Positions 23,950-34,551 are shown, numbered from the stretch's first letter. The stretch is DNA of 64,000 bases from Candidatus Hydrogenedentota bacterium (GCA_963668025.2 CAXXTH010000010.1:320001-384000); one strand, 5' to 3'. Notes: a model not told the origin generated them from the sequence alone. Translations and numbers: made by a program.

Positions 23950-25233
23950 TCATATACTCTGGAATACCTCCCGCGCCGCTTCTAGGGTTTGATCGAGTTC
24001 GATGTCGGTGTGAGCAGCGCTCATGAAGCAGGCCTCGAATTGGGAGGGGGCAAAATAAGCACCCCGTTCGAGCATGCTGTGAAAGAACCGGGCATAGCGC
24101 TCCGTATCCGATTGGGCGGCGTCCGCGTAGTTGCGGACTGGGCCGGAATGGAAGAACAGGCAGCCCATCGAGCCTGCCTGCGCCTGGTATACGGGAATGC
24201 CCGCTTCGCGGGCGATCACGCCCAGGCCTTCGCTAAGGAGTTCGAGCTTGCCCTCGATATCTTCGAATACCCCGGGCTGTTCGAGGATATCGAGCGTGGC
24301 CAGCCCAGCGGCCGTGGCCAAGGGATTGCCCGACAGCGTGCCTGCCTGGTAGACCGGCCCGAGGGGGGCGAGGTGGTCCATAATCCCGGCGCGTCCGCCG
24401 TACGCGCCCACGGGCAGCCCGCCGCCGATGACTTTCCCGAGGATAGTCAGGTCGGGCGTCACGCCATACCGCTGTTGCGCCCCGCCCATGGCCACGCGGA
24501 AACCGGTCATCACCTCATCGAAGATGAGCAGTGCGCCGTGGCGCGTGGCCAGCCTGCGCAGTTCCTCCAGGTAGCCTGGTTCGGGCAGTATGACTCCGGC
24601 GTTGCCCGCCACGGGCTCGATGATCACGCAGGCGATGTCTTCGCCACGGGCCTCGAACAGCGTGCGTGCGGCCTCGCGGTCGTTGAACGGCATGGTGAGG
24701 GTGCATTGCGCGAAGGCGGCGGGGACGCCCGGCGTCGAGGGGATCCCGAGCGTGGCGAGGCCGCTGCCTGACTTCACCAGCAAACTGTCCACGTGGCCGT
24801 GGTAGCAGCCTTCGGCTTTCACGGTGAGCGCGCGGCCCGTGTAGCCCCGCGCCAGCCGGATGGCGCTCATCGAGGCCTCCGTGCCGCTGTTCACGAGGCG
24901 CACTTTCTCGATGGAAGGGATATGCCGGATGATTCGTTCCGCCAGCCGGACCTCGGCCTCGGTGGGAATGCCGAAACTGGAGCCCCGTTCGAGGGCTTTG
25001 CGGACCGCCTCGACGACGTGGGGATGGGCATGGCCCAGCACCAGCGGCCCCCACGACAATACGTAATCGATAAGTGCGTTGCCGTCGGCGTCGGTGACGA
25101 TGGGGCCGCTGCCGGAGGCCGCGAAAAACGGCTCGCCGCCCACGCCCTTGAACGCCCGCACGGGGCTGTTCACGCCGCCCACCAACACCTTATTCGCCTG
25201 ACGCCACAACTCCATAGAGCGCTCGGATTTCAT
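23950..25233 (-). CDS. hemL: Glutamate-1-semialdehyde 2,1-aminomutase
   Basis: GGVNSPVRAF, VNSGTEA, FDEVMTGFR, GKVIGGGLPVGAYGG, YQAGTLSGNP. Confidence 0.98.
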   Translation of the reverse strand: MKSERSMELWRQANKVLVGGVNSPVRAFKGVGGEPFFAASGSGPIVTDADGNALIDYVLSWGPLVLGHAHPHVVEAVRKALERGSSFGIPTEAEVRLAERIIRHIPSIEKVRLVNSGTEASMSAIRLARGYTGRALTVKAEGCYHGHVDSLLVKSGSGLATLGIPSTPGVPAAFAQCTLTMPFNDREAARTLFEARGEDIACVIIEPVAGNAGVILPEPGYLEELRRLATRHGALLIFDEVMTGFRVAMGGAQQRYGVTPDLTILGKVIGGGLPVGAYGGRAGIMDHLAPLGPVYQAGTLSGNPLATAAGLATLDILEQPGVFEDIEGKLELLSEGLGVIAREAGIPVYQAQAGSMGCLFFHSGPVRNYADAAQSDTERYARFFHSMLERGAYFAPSQFEACFMSAAHTDIELDQTLEAAREVFQSI

Positions 25234-25254
25234 TTATAAAATTCCTTTTTTTAA

Positions 25255-25649
25255 ACCACTAAATACACGAAACACACGAAAATATATGGACAAAAGACGT
25301 GCTTAAATAGTAATTCTTTTTTAGACATGATTTACATGATGTACAAGATTTACCAAAAGATGCAATACTTGCTTTCGTCTTTTAACGCAAACGATGGCTC
25401 ATCGCTAAAATCAAAAATCTTGTCCATCTTGTAAATCATGTCTAAAAATCCCCTGCCTCATGCTACTAACGTACTGTTGCTTTTCATGTGTTTCGGACTA
25501 CTATTTGGCGGAGTCTTGGTCTCTTGCGATGATTTTGCTTGGAAACCTATGCATATCAAATAGTTATATTCGGTTCTATAGGCATATCCCTTGAGCGGTG
25601 GGGCAAGCCCCACCCTACAATTTTTCGTGTGTTTCGTGTATTTCGTGGT
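25255..25649. repeat. Nested inverted 9-nt-period repeat pairs plus a GTAG REP
   Basis: 25255-25282 pairs with 25622-25649 (1 mismatch); 25318-25351 pairs with 25415-25448 (2 mismatches); REP at 25593-25618. Confidence 0.85.
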
Positions 25650-26934
25650 CTCTCTCGCAAGTGAACTCTTTCAACCCGAAAATACGTTTCACCAGATGCA
25701 GCACCGTATGCGGATCGTGATGCCCTATCTCGTGTTTGATCTCGGCCATCGAACGGCTGAGAATTTTGCGCAAGATCCGCTTGGTGAGATAGGCGATCTC
25801 GGCTTGCTCCTTTTCCGTCAGGTCCGGCAGCGCCGCCAAGGTTTTCCGCAACTCCTCCTCGCGGATGAGATCGAGTTCTTTCGTCATCGAGACCAGCGTC
25901 GGCTCGGCGGCAAGGGCCTGGGTCCACGAGGTGAACTGCTCGACGCCTTGCTCGACCAGGGCCATGCAGCGGTCAAGCTCCTTACGCCGCCCCGAGAGAT
26001 TCTCCGCCACTACCTGTTCGAGATCATCCATATTATACAGATACACATTATCGAGTCCACCTACTTCCGGCTCGACATCGCGCGGAACGGCGATGTCGAT
26101 GACCAGCATCGGCTGCTGCGCCCGCTCTTTCAGGGCTTGCCGGAACTCCGGCGGATGCAGGACCGCATGGGGCGAGGCGGTCGTGCTGATGACGATGTCG
26201 GCGCGATGCAGATGCTTGGGCAGCGCCTCGAATGCGATAGGCTCGCCGCCATAGGGTTCCGCGAGGGCTTGCGCTTTTTCCTCGTTGCGGTTAACGACCA
26301 GGACGCGGCCCGCGCCATGTTCCATGAGATGCTTGAGCGCCAGCCCGCCCATTTCGCCGCTGCCGATGACCATGACGGTCTTGCCCGCCAGTTCTTGGAA
26401 TACGGAGACGGCCAAATCGACGGCGACGGACACCACCGACACTTTCCCCTCGCCGATGGAGGTCCGGCTGCGGATGTTTTTCGCTACGGCGAACGCCTTT
26501 TGAAATAGGGCATGGATCACCTTGTCGGCGGCCTGTTCGGATTGGGACAGGAGATAGGCGTCATGCGCCTGGCCCAGGATCTGCGCTTCTCCCACCACCA
26601 GGCTATCGATACTCGACATCACACGAAACAAATGTCCCGCCGCGTTCCGCCCGGAATGGACATATAGCGCGTCACGGAACTCGGCCTCGGGCACGCCGCG
26701 CGAATCGCACAAGAACGCCCGGATCTCGTCGGCGATCTCTTCGGCGCTGGCGGGGGCGTAGTTGGCGTACACCTCCACGCGGTTGCAGGTGTTCAAGATC
26801 ACCACGCCCGCGCCATCCAGCCGTTCGCGGAAACTCCGGAGCGCGGCGGGAATCGATGCGGCTGGAAACGCCAGTTTTTCGCGCAATTCCACCGAACTGC
26901 TGTGATGGCTTAACCCTACTACAACAAGGCTCAC
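25615..26934 (-). CDS. hemA: Glutamyl-tRNA reductase
   Basis: GLSHH, NTCNRVE, DSLVVGEAQILGQ, IGSGEMG, DIAVPRD; GTG 26934 with GGAGG RBS overlaps the upstream TGA. Confidence 0.97.
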   Translation of the reverse strand: MSLVVVGLSHHSSSVELREKLAFPAASIPAALRSFRERLDGAGVVILNTCNRVEVYANYAPASAEEIADEIRAFLCDSRGVPEAEFRDALYVHSGRNAAGHLFRVMSSIDSLVVGEAQILGQAHDAYLLSQSEQAADKVIHALFQKAFAVAKNIRSRTSIGEGKVSVVSVAVDLAVSVFQELAGKTVMVIGSGEMGGLALKHLMEHGAGRVLVVNRNEEKAQALAEPYGGEPIAFEALPKHLHRADIVISTTASPHAVLHPPEFRQALKERAQQPMLVIDIAVPRDVEPEVGGLDNVYLYNMDDLEQVVAENLSGRRKELDRCMALVEQGVEQFTSWTQALAAEPTLVSMTKELDLIREEELRKTLAALPDLTEKEQAEIAYLTKRILRKILSRSMAEIKHEIGHHDPHTVLHLVKRIFGLKEFTCERDHEIHETHEKL

Positions 26935-27779
26935 GGGGCGCCTCCCCAGAAATGGTATTCTCTTACATGCAGCAGCGACAGCACGACGTACAGGGCCAAT
27001 AAAGTAAGGAATCCTGTCATCACATGGTAGGCCAGTTTCGAACCTCGGAGCCGCCCGGCCCGGCGCAGATGAAAAGTCGCCGCATAAAAAAACGCCATAA
27101 AAACGGATAATACGACTTTCGGCGCGAGCCACCACCGTGGACCCAGCAATTCCTGGCCCAGCCATGCCCAGGACAAGCCCAGCGCCAACGCCAGCACAAA
27201 AAGGGGATAGCCGCATACCATCAGCCGGTGCAGGAGTGTGTCCAGTTCTTCGAGTGAAGGCAAGCTGCGCGCTAGCCAGGTGCTGCGGTGGCGTTTGAGA
27301 TGAAAGGCTAGGCACAAGTAGGCCGCGCTGGTCATGCTGGCAATGAAGAAAAACGCATAGGCCACGAAGGCCATTCCCACATGCAAGACAAGCAGTGCGC
27401 CAGGCAGTTCACGAGGCGCTTGAGCGAAGCTGTGATGCGCCGTGAAGGCGTTCACGAAGACGATCAGCGCCAACGGCGGAATATAGAACGGCAGCAGGGC
27501 GGGCGCGTGGCGTGTTTTCACGATACATATTGCAATGCACGAGCATAGGATGGTGAAGAGCAGGAGCGAGTCGGCCATGGACGTAAGCGGAACTTGGCCC
27601 CATGCCGCCCCGCGCAGGATGAGGCATACGGTGAAACACACGAGCGCCGCGCCTAATGCGTGTATGGATAGCCGCATAGGGCGCGGTTCGGCGCTTCGGG
27701 CGTAATGCAATGTAAGCGCCGCCGACGCCACGAAGCATGCGCTTCCCGCGTAGAACAGGATATAAAGGGCAGGATTCAT
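26931..27779 (-). CDS. CcsA/HemX-like heme-handling membrane protein
   Basis: Multi-TM; LHV..AFVAY, LPSLEELD, degenerate Trp-rich G.SWA...W..PK segment; directly upstream of hemA. Confidence 0.8.
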   Translation of the reverse strand: MNPALYILFYAGSACFVASAALTLHYARSAEPRPMRLSIHALGAALVCFTVCLILRGAAWGQVPLTSMADSLLLFTILCSCIAICIVKTRHAPALLPFYIPPLALIVFVNAFTAHHSFAQAPRELPGALLVLHVGMAFVAYAFFFIASMTSAAYLCLAFHLKRHRSTWLARSLPSLEELDTLLHRLMVCGYPLFVLALALGLSWAWLGQELLGPRWWLAPKVVLSVFMAFFYAATFHLRRAGRLRGSKLAYHVMTGFLTLLALYVVLSLLHVREYHFWGGAP

Positions 27780-28843
27780 GGTTTGGCTCCCGGCGGCGTA
27801 TAGCTGCATGCTGGTTCCTCGCCGAATGCGTCGCCGGTCAACGCAAAGGCGCGGGCACGGCAGCCGCCGCACCAGCGCCGGTAGCCGCAATAGCCGCATT
27901 TTCCGGTGTAGTGGCTGAAATCGCGCATCTTCCGAAACAGCGGCGATTCCTCCCATATCCGCGCGAAGTCGTAGCCGCTCGCACGCAGGCCGCCCGCCTC
28001 TTCTTCGAGAAAGCCACAGATCTGCACTTTGCCCACGTGGCTGATGAATGCGAATCCCGAGCCGCCCATGCATCCCTTGCTCATCGCATCGAGGCCATGC
28101 GTCTCGCGCGACACCTGCCGCCCTTCGGCGGACTCGCGCTGCCGCAGTACGCGGTAATAATGGGGCGCGCACGTGGGCTTGAAGGGAATCGGGCTGTTCC
28201 GGCTCATATCGTAAATCTGGTTCAACACGTGCTCGTACTCGTCCGCATCGAGCACCTCTTCCTTGATTCCCTCGCCGCGCCCGACGGGCACGAGGAGGAA
28301 GGGATGGAACGCTGCCGCACCCAGCGACACCGCGAGTTCGAGGATTTGCGGCAGTTGCGCCAGGTTTCCGCGCGTGACAGTGGTGTTGATCTGAAAGCCG
28401 AGTCCCGCGTTCGTCGCGGCGGCAATGCCGTTCATGGAGGATTGAAACGCTCCTGGCACGCCGCGAAAGGCGTCGTGGCTCTCGGCGGTGGCTCCATCAA
28501 TGCTGATGCTGATGCGCTGCACGCCCGCGTCTTTCAACGCCCGCGCCGAGGCTTCCGTCAACAACGCGCCGCAGGTCGCCATCACCGGCCTCAGGCCCGC
28601 TTGCCCGACATAGCGGACGATATCAAGCAGATCGGGGCGCAGCATAGGTTCACCGCCGGTGAGGATCATGATCGGCTGGAAATGGGCGGCGATGCTGTCC
28701 ACAACCTGTTTGATCTCGTCCAAGGAAAACTCGCCGGCGTATCCGCCCGCATGGGACGCCGCGCGGCAATGGCGGCAATGTAAATTGCAGCTCCGTGTCA
28801 GCTCCCACGCGATCAAGCGGGGCGTATGCGCCACATGCTCCAT
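27776..28843 (-). CDS. ahbD: Radical SAM/SPASM AdoMet-dependent heme b synthase
   Basis: PRLIAWELTRSCNLHCRHC, KPTCAPHYYR, SPASM cysteines; operon context. Confidence 0.88.
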   Translation of the reverse strand: MEHVAHTPRLIAWELTRSCNLHCRHCRAASHAGGYAGEFSLDEIKQVVDSIAAHFQPIMILTGGEPMLRPDLLDIVRYVGQAGLRPVMATCGALLTEASARALKDAGVQRISISIDGATAESHDAFRGVPGAFQSSMNGIAAATNAGLGFQINTTVTRGNLAQLPQILELAVSLGAAAFHPFLLVPVGRGEGIKEEVLDADEYEHVLNQIYDMSRNSPIPFKPTCAPHYYRVLRQRESAEGRQVSRETHGLDAMSKGCMGGSGFAFISHVGKVQICGFLEEEAGGLRASGYDFARIWEESPLFRKMRDFSHYTGKCGYCGYRRWCGGCRARAFALTGDAFGEEPACSYTPPGAKP

Positions 28844-28845
28844 AC

Positions 28846-29835
28846 TTATTCGCCTTCAGCGTCCACGAAATACCGTGGCGCGGTTTTCTTGAATTCGCGC
28901 GTGCTGAAGAGAACCTCGTACGCATCGAGCCGCACCGCCTGGCTGATGCGCCGCGCCGTATTGCGCACTTCCTCCTCTTTCGCGCCGTGAATCATGGCGT
29001 AGAGATTGTAGGGCCAAGCGGGATGAGATGCACGGGAATAGCAATGGCTTACTTCGGGAAACTGGGCCATCAATTGGCCCGTGTCCTCGATGCGCTCTTC
29101 GGGAGCCAGCCAAACGCTCATGCCGTTTGCGGCGAATCCAGCGGCGCGGTGAGCCACCCGCGCCCCGAACCGGCGCATGGTTCCATCCTCAAGCCATTCC
29201 CGTATCAACGCCAATACCTGCGCCTCGGCGATTCCCGCCTTGCGGGCGATCTCTTCGAACGGATGCAGCGCCAGAGGCATAGGCTCGCTCAACATCCGGA
29301 TCACGCGCCTCTCTTCCGGCGTGAATGCGCGCGATGTGCGGGCGCACCGTTCTGGGGCTGCCATCACTGGCGTATTCACGTCCGATGTTTGAAAAAACAC
29401 GCGAATCTTAAACACCCGCTTCGATGGAAATGATAGCGCTTGAATGACGCCGTCCATCGCGCGGATCGCTTCGAGGATGCCCTCGGCACGTTCCTGCGTG
29501 CGTGCGATCAGCGTGAACCATATATTGAACGTATGGCTGCGTAGATAATTGTGCGTTACTTCACTAAAGCCATTGATACGCGAGGCCACGCTCTCGACGG
29601 CATCCGTCGATACCTGGGCGGCGCACAGCGTCGTGGCGTACCCCAAGCGAACGGCGTCGAACACGGCTCCATACTCGCGCACCACGCCATCCAGCACCAA
29701 CCGCCGCATGCGTTCGAAGGCTTCCGCTTCCGCCACACCCATTTGCTTCGCCAGCGCGGCGAAAGGCGCGGCATCGAGCGGAAAGCGCTCCTGCGCAATA
29801 TCGAGCAGTTGGCGGTCTAGTGCATCGAGGTTCAT
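28846..29835 (-). CDS. Siroheme decarboxylase, fused AhbA-AhbB (NirDL/GH-like)
   Basis: Two Lrp/AsnC-like halves: VTHNYLR..NIWFT and VSHCY.R..WPYNLYAMIH. Confidence 0.9.
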   Translation of the reverse strand: MNLDALDRQLLDIAQERFPLDAAPFAALAKQMGVAEAEAFERMRRLVLDGVVREYGAVFDAVRLGYATTLCAAQVSTDAVESVASRINGFSEVTHNYLRSHTFNIWFTLIARTQERAEGILEAIRAMDGVIQALSFPSKRVFKIRVFFQTSDVNTPVMAAPERCARTSRAFTPEERRVIRMLSEPMPLALHPFEEIARKAGIAEAQVLALIREWLEDGTMRRFGARVAHRAAGFAANGMSVWLAPEERIEDTGQLMAQFPEVSHCYSRASHPAWPYNLYAMIHGAKEEEVRNTARRISQAVRLDAYEVLFSTREFKKTAPRYFVDAEGE

Positions 29836-31016
29836 GCGAGGCCGATCTCCTCATCGGTGAGATAGCACGCCGGATCGGGCGCCCAGACATCCCCCGTGAC
29901 GGCCTCGGCCCGCACGCGAAAATTGCCGCCGCAGATGCCCAGCCATTTGCACTCCGCGCACCGGCCCTTCACATGCGCCTTCTTGTTCTTGAGCTGCATC
30001 AGGAACTCGTTGCCCGTATCCATCCAGATATCGCCGAAATCGCGCTCGCGCACATTGCCCAGCGCCAGGTGCCGCCAAAATTGATCCGGGTGGACCGTCC
30101 CATCCCAGGACACACAGGCGATGCCCCGGCCCGACGAGTTGCCCTCGTTGAATTGGAGCAATTGCAGCACCTGGGCCGCACGCTCGGGATTCTCGCGGAG
30201 GAGGCGCAGATATACATACACGCCGTCCGCATGGTTGTCCACGGTCAACACTTCTTTCGGATCGCCGCGCCGGTGGGCCTCAGCGGTGAGGTCGATGATC
30301 TGGTCCACTGTGCGGCGCGCCTCGGCGTAGCCGAGGTCTTCTTCCACCAGCGCGCTCCCGCGCCCCGAATACACCAGATGATAGAAGCAGACGCGGGGAA
30401 TGCCTTCCTCGCGGATCAAGTCGAACATGGCCGGGATCTCGGAGGTGTTCCGCCGGTTGATGGTGAAGCGCAAGCCTACTTTCAGCCCGACGTCCTGGCA
30501 GGCGCGGATGCCCGACAACGCACGGGCGTAGGCCCCCTCGACGCCACGGAATTGATCGTTCACCAGTTCCGTACCGTCAAGGCTCACGCCGACATACGAG
30601 AGATTGAAGTCTTTGAGGCGGGCTGCGGCGTCCGGCGTGATCAACGTGCCGTTCGTGCTGATGACCGCACGCAATCCGCGCGCCGTAGCGTACTCGATGA
30701 GTTCAAACAAATCCTTCCGGATGAGCGGTTCGCCGCCGCTGAACAAAAGCACCGGTGCGCCGAAGTCCGCCAGCATGTCAATAAGACGCATGCCTTCAGC
30801 GGTTGAGAGTTCGCCCTCATACGACTGGCATTGCGACTGCGAGTAGCAATGGACGCATTTTAGGTTGCAGCTCCGGGTGCAATTCCACACGACGACAGGC
30901 TTTTTGTCTTCCGAAAATTGCAGGAGATGGCTCGGAAGCGAGCCTGACTTGCGCCCGTAGCGCAGGGCGTCCGAAGGCTCGACCGTGCCACAATAAAGTT
31001 TGCTGATGCCGATCAT
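29832..31016 (-). CDS. ahbC: Radical SAM Fe-coproporphyrin synthase
   Basis: MIGISKLYCG N terminus, CNLKCVHC, CFYHLVYSGRG, VLTVDNHADG, DPACYLT. Confidence 0.92.
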   Translation of the reverse strand: MIGISKLYCGTVEPSDALRYGRKSGSLPSHLLQFSEDKKPVVVWNCTRSCNLKCVHCYSQSQCQSYEGELSTAEGMRLIDMLADFGAPVLLFSGGEPLIRKDLFELIEYATARGLRAVISTNGTLITPDAAARLKDFNLSYVGVSLDGTELVNDQFRGVEGAYARALSGIRACQDVGLKVGLRFTINRRNTSEIPAMFDLIREEGIPRVCFYHLVYSGRGSALVEEDLGYAEARRTVDQIIDLTAEAHRRGDPKEVLTVDNHADGVYVYLRLLRENPERAAQVLQLLQFNEGNSSGRGIACVSWDGTVHPDQFWRHLALGNVRERDFGDIWMDTGNEFLMQLKNKKAHVKGRCAECKWLGICGGNFRVRAEAVTGDVWAPDPACYLTDEEIGLA

Positions 31017-31131
31017 TTGTTTTCCTTAGTGATATAGGCCTAGGGAATCGCATTAAAGGGCCTTATTTTTTTACCACTATCGTCTGAGTATTATAATGTG
31101 CTTGCCAACTCCTCGCATTGCCGAAGAATTG

Positions 31132-31194
31132 GCCACAAGAAGCGCAAGAGACACAAAAGGTAAATCTGTTTTGTGTTTTTGTGCTTCTTGTGGC
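31132..31194. repeat. Inverted 9-nt-period repeat pair
   Basis: GCCACAAGAAGCGCAAGAGACACAAAA / TTTTGTGTTTTTGTGCTTCTTGTGGC. Confidence 0.75.
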
Positions 31195-31214
31195 TATTCG
31201 TTACTTTCTCCATT

Positions 31215-32759
31215 TCAATGAGATCGCCCTGCTATATAAGCCCGTATCGCCACCGCCAAGCCCGGTATGGTGGATACCTTCGCCACTGTGGCGATGGCGA
31301 TGCCCGTTTCCGTGAGGGTGTGCGACGTGATGGGGCCGATGCTGGCGGCACGTACATGGGGCAAAATGGCCTCCCGCCGCTCCATCGGGATCAGCTCCAC
31401 AAAATTCGTGACGGTCGAGGAACTGGTGAATGTCACCAGGTCGATATCGTCCATTTCTAGCCGTTCAAGCAAACTTTCCGGCAAGGCGTCCGCTTGCAGC
31501 GTCTTATACGCGGCGGCCTCGCACACTTCCGCGCCGCGCGCGCGCAGGCCGTCCGCTAGGTCGATGCGCGCCAATTCTGAACGCGGCAGCAAATAGCGCT
31601 GTCCCTGAAACGCCTCGGTCTTGTCCAATTCCTCCAGTATCGCTTCCGCGATGTAACGCTGGGGCGTCAAATCTGGCCGTATGCCTTTCGCCATCAGGCG
31701 CATGGCGGTTGCCGGGCCGATGGAGGCGATCTTCACGCCCGCCAGCGCACGCGCGTCTTTGCCTTCCAATTCCAGGGCCTCGAAGAAAGCATCCACGCCA
31801 TTCACGCTCGTAAATACGAGCCAGTCAAACACGCTGGGAATCGCCGCCGCTTCGCGCATCGCAGGCGTATCGGCAAGACTTTCCGTGCGAATGCTCGGCG
31901 CGGTAATGACCTCCGCGCCCATGGATTCCAGAAGTTCGGCGAGGTCCGACGCCTGCGCGCGGGCGCGTGTCACCACGATGGCGCGGCCGAAAAGGGAGCG
32001 TCTTTCGAACCAGTTGAGGCGTTCCCGCAAGGCCGCCACCTCGCCCACCACCAACAGGCCCGGTGGGGCGATGTTCGCTGTTTCCGCGCGTTGGGCTATA
32101 TCGGCCAGCGTGCCCGCCACGGTGCGCTGCGTGGGCAGCGTGCCGTTCGTGATCACCGCCGCAGGCGTCGAGGCGGGCCGCCCGCCTGTTATGAGGTGTT
32201 CAGCGATCTGGGAGATATTGCGGATTCCCATCAGGAACACGAGCGTTCCCGATGTAGCGGCGATCTCGCGCCAATCCAGGCTGCTTTCCGGTTTTGTGGG
32301 GTCTTCATGGCCCGTGATGATACGCACGGATGACGCGCATTCGCGGTGCGTCACGGGAATGCCCGCATAGGCCGGGGCGGCAATGGCGGAGCTTACGCCC
32401 GGAACCACCTCGAATGGAACGCCGCGTTCCACCAGATACAGCGCCTCCTCGCCGCCGCGCCCGAAGACGAAGGGATCGCCTCCCTTGAGGCGGCAGATGC
32501 GTTTGCCTTCGAGGGCTTTCTCGCACAGCAGGGCATTGATCTCGTCTTGTTCCATCGCGTGCCGGGCGGCCTGCTTGCCCGCGTAGATGATCTCGGCGTC
32601 CGCACGGGCATGGGCCAGCAAGGCTGGATTGCTGAGGTAGTCGTATACGATAACGTCCGCCTCCGCGATACAATGCCGCCCCTTGAGCGTGAGCAAGCCG
32701 GGATCGCCCGGCCCCGCGCCCACGAGCCACACCACGCCTCTGTCCGCCGGATTATCCAT
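31215..32759 (-). CDS. cobA: Uroporphyrinogen-III C-methyltransferase / uroporphyrinogen-III synthase fusion (CobA-HemD)
   Basis: LVGAGPGDPGLLT, RLKGGDPFVFGRGGEE, then FTSVNGV, IGPAT, FTSSSTV. Confidence 0.95.
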   Translation of the reverse strand: MDNPADRGVVWLVGAGPGDPGLLTLKGRHCIAEADVIVYDYLSNPALLAHARADAEIIYAGKQAARHAMEQDEINALLCEKALEGKRICRLKGGDPFVFGRGGEEALYLVERGVPFEVVPGVSSAIAAPAYAGIPVTHRECASSVRIITGHEDPTKPESSLDWREIAATSGTLVFLMGIRNISQIAEHLITGGRPASTPAAVITNGTLPTQRTVAGTLADIAQRAETANIAPPGLLVVGEVAALRERLNWFERRSLFGRAIVVTRARAQASDLAELLESMGAEVITAPSIRTESLADTPAMREAAAIPSVFDWLVFTSVNGVDAFFEALELEGKDARALAGVKIASIGPATAMRLMAKGIRPDLTPQRYIAEAILEELDKTEAFQGQRYLLPRSELARIDLADGLRARGAEVCEAAAYKTLQADALPESLLERLEMDDIDLVTFTSSSTVTNFVELIPMERREAILPHVRAASIGPITSHTLTETGIAIATVAKVSTIPGLAVAIRAYIAGRSH

Positions 32760-33690
32760 GCTGGCCTCGATTCAGTTCATCTAGTATTTCCCGGCCACCT
32801 TCCCGGAGCATCCGCTCCGCGAGCTGCTCACCCACGTGCGCCGCCTCGTGCGCTGGGCCTTCCGCATGCAAACGGACCATGCGCCCGCCGGTAGGCGATG
32901 CGACAAAGGCATTCAGCAACAAGCTCGCACCCGACACACGCCCATACGCGCCCACAGGCGCATGGCATCCACTTTCGACACGTGCGAGCAACGCCCGTTC
33001 CGCCGTCACCGCCATGCGTGTGGGGGGATGCTCCAGCACGCCCACCACTTCGCAGGCCCTTGCGTCACCGTTTCGCGCCGCCACGGCGAGCGCGCCTTGT
33101 CCCGGCGCGGGCAGCCACGCGTCCACATCCAGCCATTCGGTGATCACGACTGACATGCCGGTCCTGCGCACACCGGCTGCGGCGAGAATGATGCCTTCCA
33201 TCACGTCCGATTCCTGCAGCTTGCGCAGCCGTGTGTCGATGTTGCCCCGGAGTTCTACCGCTTGGAGGTCGGGCCGTATCGCGGCTAATAACGCGCGACG
33301 CCGTAGGCTGCCCGTACCCACCGAAGCTCCAGAGGGGAGTTCCTCGATGCGCGGCGCGCACCGGCCCACGAACACGTCGCGGGGGTCTTCCCGCTCGGGA
33401 ATGGCGGCCAGTGCGATGCCTTCGGCGGGCGATGTGGGCACATCCTTCAGACTATGTACGGCTATGTCAATACGGCCCTCCAGCAAGGCCTGGTCCAATT
33501 CACGCGTGAATACGCCCACGGAACCCAGTTTCGCCAGGGGCGCGTCCTGAACGCGGTCGCCAGTTGTCTTGAGGATCTCGATGGCCAACTGGATATCCGG
33601 GCAATGCTCGGAGAGGCGGTCCGCCACCCATTGGGCCTGCCGCATGGCCAGCATGCTGCCCCGCGTGCCGATGCGCAGCATGTCACTCAC
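32752..33690 (-). CDS. hemC: Hydroxymethylbilane synthase
   Basis: IGTRGS.LA, AVHSLKD, GTGSLRR, RGNIDTRL, PAPGQGAL; GTG 33690 with GGAGG RBS. Confidence 0.96.
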   Translation of the reverse strand: MSDMLRIGTRGSMLAMRQAQWVADRLSEHCPDIQLAIEILKTTGDRVQDAPLAKLGSVGVFTRELDQALLEGRIDIAVHSLKDVPTSPAEGIALAAIPEREDPRDVFVGRCAPRIEELPSGASVGTGSLRRRALLAAIRPDLQAVELRGNIDTRLRKLQESDVMEGIILAAAGVRRTGMSVVITEWLDVDAWLPAPGQGALAVAARNGDARACEVVGVLEHPPTRMAVTAERALLARVESGCHAPVGAYGRVSGASLLLNAFVASPTGGRMVRLHAEGPAHEAAHVGEQLAERMLREGGREILDELNRGQHG

Positions 33691-33726
33691 ACGGCATCCC
33701 TCCATGGGGCCACGAAAGGCGGCTTC

Positions 33727-33792
33727 CGTCATTCCCACGAAAGCGGGAATCCAAGGCGCGGCGCTCTGGATCCCCGCTTTCGCGGAGATGAC
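33727..33792. repeat. CGTC-type REP doublet
   Basis: CGTCATTCCCACGAAAGCGGGAATCC ... GGATCCCCGCTTTCGCGGAGATGAC inverted pair. Confidence 0.75.
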
Positions 33793-33888
33793 CCAAGGCG
33801 TGTATTCTCATCCTATCGCACCCAGCCAAGAGCTCCATCATTGCTACTCCATAAACAACCACTCGGGCTGCGGACTGCGGTCATCTGG

Positions 33889-34551
33889 TTAGTCTGGTGT
33901 GGGACCGGCGCCCTCGCCGGTCATTCGCCGCACGCATTCCCGTAATAAGCGCTCCGCCTCGGCATGCCGGCCTTCGGCCAACAGCAGAAGCGCCGGAACA
34001 TCCAGCAGCGCTTCTTCGATCTGGTTGCGCAAAGGCCTGCTTTCCGCCTGCGCCTTTATTTCGCTTCGGATTTCTTCCAACAACGCCAGGTACAGCCCAT
34101 ATTCCGGCCCGAACTGGCGTTCCAGCGCCATGCGCATCCGCTTGGCCAGCGCGGGAAACGCACCGCCGGTGCTCACGGTGACTTCGAGATCCCCATGGTG
34201 AATGGATGCCGGAACGAAGAAATCACATAGATCCGGCACATCGACGACATTAAGCAGGACGCCCTTAGCCCGCGCTTCCGCCGCAATGGCTTCGTTCACG
34301 GCGCGGTTGTTGGTGGCGGCGATGGCCACAAGCGCCCCATCAAGATCGCCCGGCTGGAAGGCCCGGCGCTCGGCGCTGATCTCGCTTCGGGCGGCGCGTT
34401 CCTCCAAGATTGGGCATAATTCGGGGCTGATGACCGATACGTGCGCCCCGGCGTCCAATAACGAAGCCGCCTTGCGTGCGGCAATGGCCCCGCCGCCGAT
34501 CACCACGCAGCGGCGGCCCGCCACTTTCAACGCCATGGGATACATCCGCAT
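33889..34551 (-). CDS. Precorrin-2 dehydrogenase / sirohydrochlorin ferrochelatase (SirC/CysG N-terminal type)
   Basis: YPMAL...VIGGGAIA.RK, NVVD.P.LCDF..P, VSTGG..PALA. Confidence 0.92.
   Translation of the reverse strand: MRMYPMALKVAGRRCVVIGGGAIAARKAASLLDAGAHVSVISPELCPILEERAARSEISAERRAFQPGDLDGALVAIAATNNRAVNEAIAAEARAKGVLLNVVDVPDLCDFFVPASIHHGDLEVTVSTGGAFPALAKRMRMALERQFGPEYGLYLALLEEIRSEIKAQAESRPLRNQIEEALLDVPALLLLAEGRHAEAERLLRECVRRMTGEGAGPTPD

Noticed and set aside
26935-27315. N-terminal extension of HemA (566-aa ORF), and similar extensions of trxA, ccsA, ROK and PspC ORFs
   Set aside because: They overlap neighbours or repeats; family motifs and RBSs indicate downstream starts.
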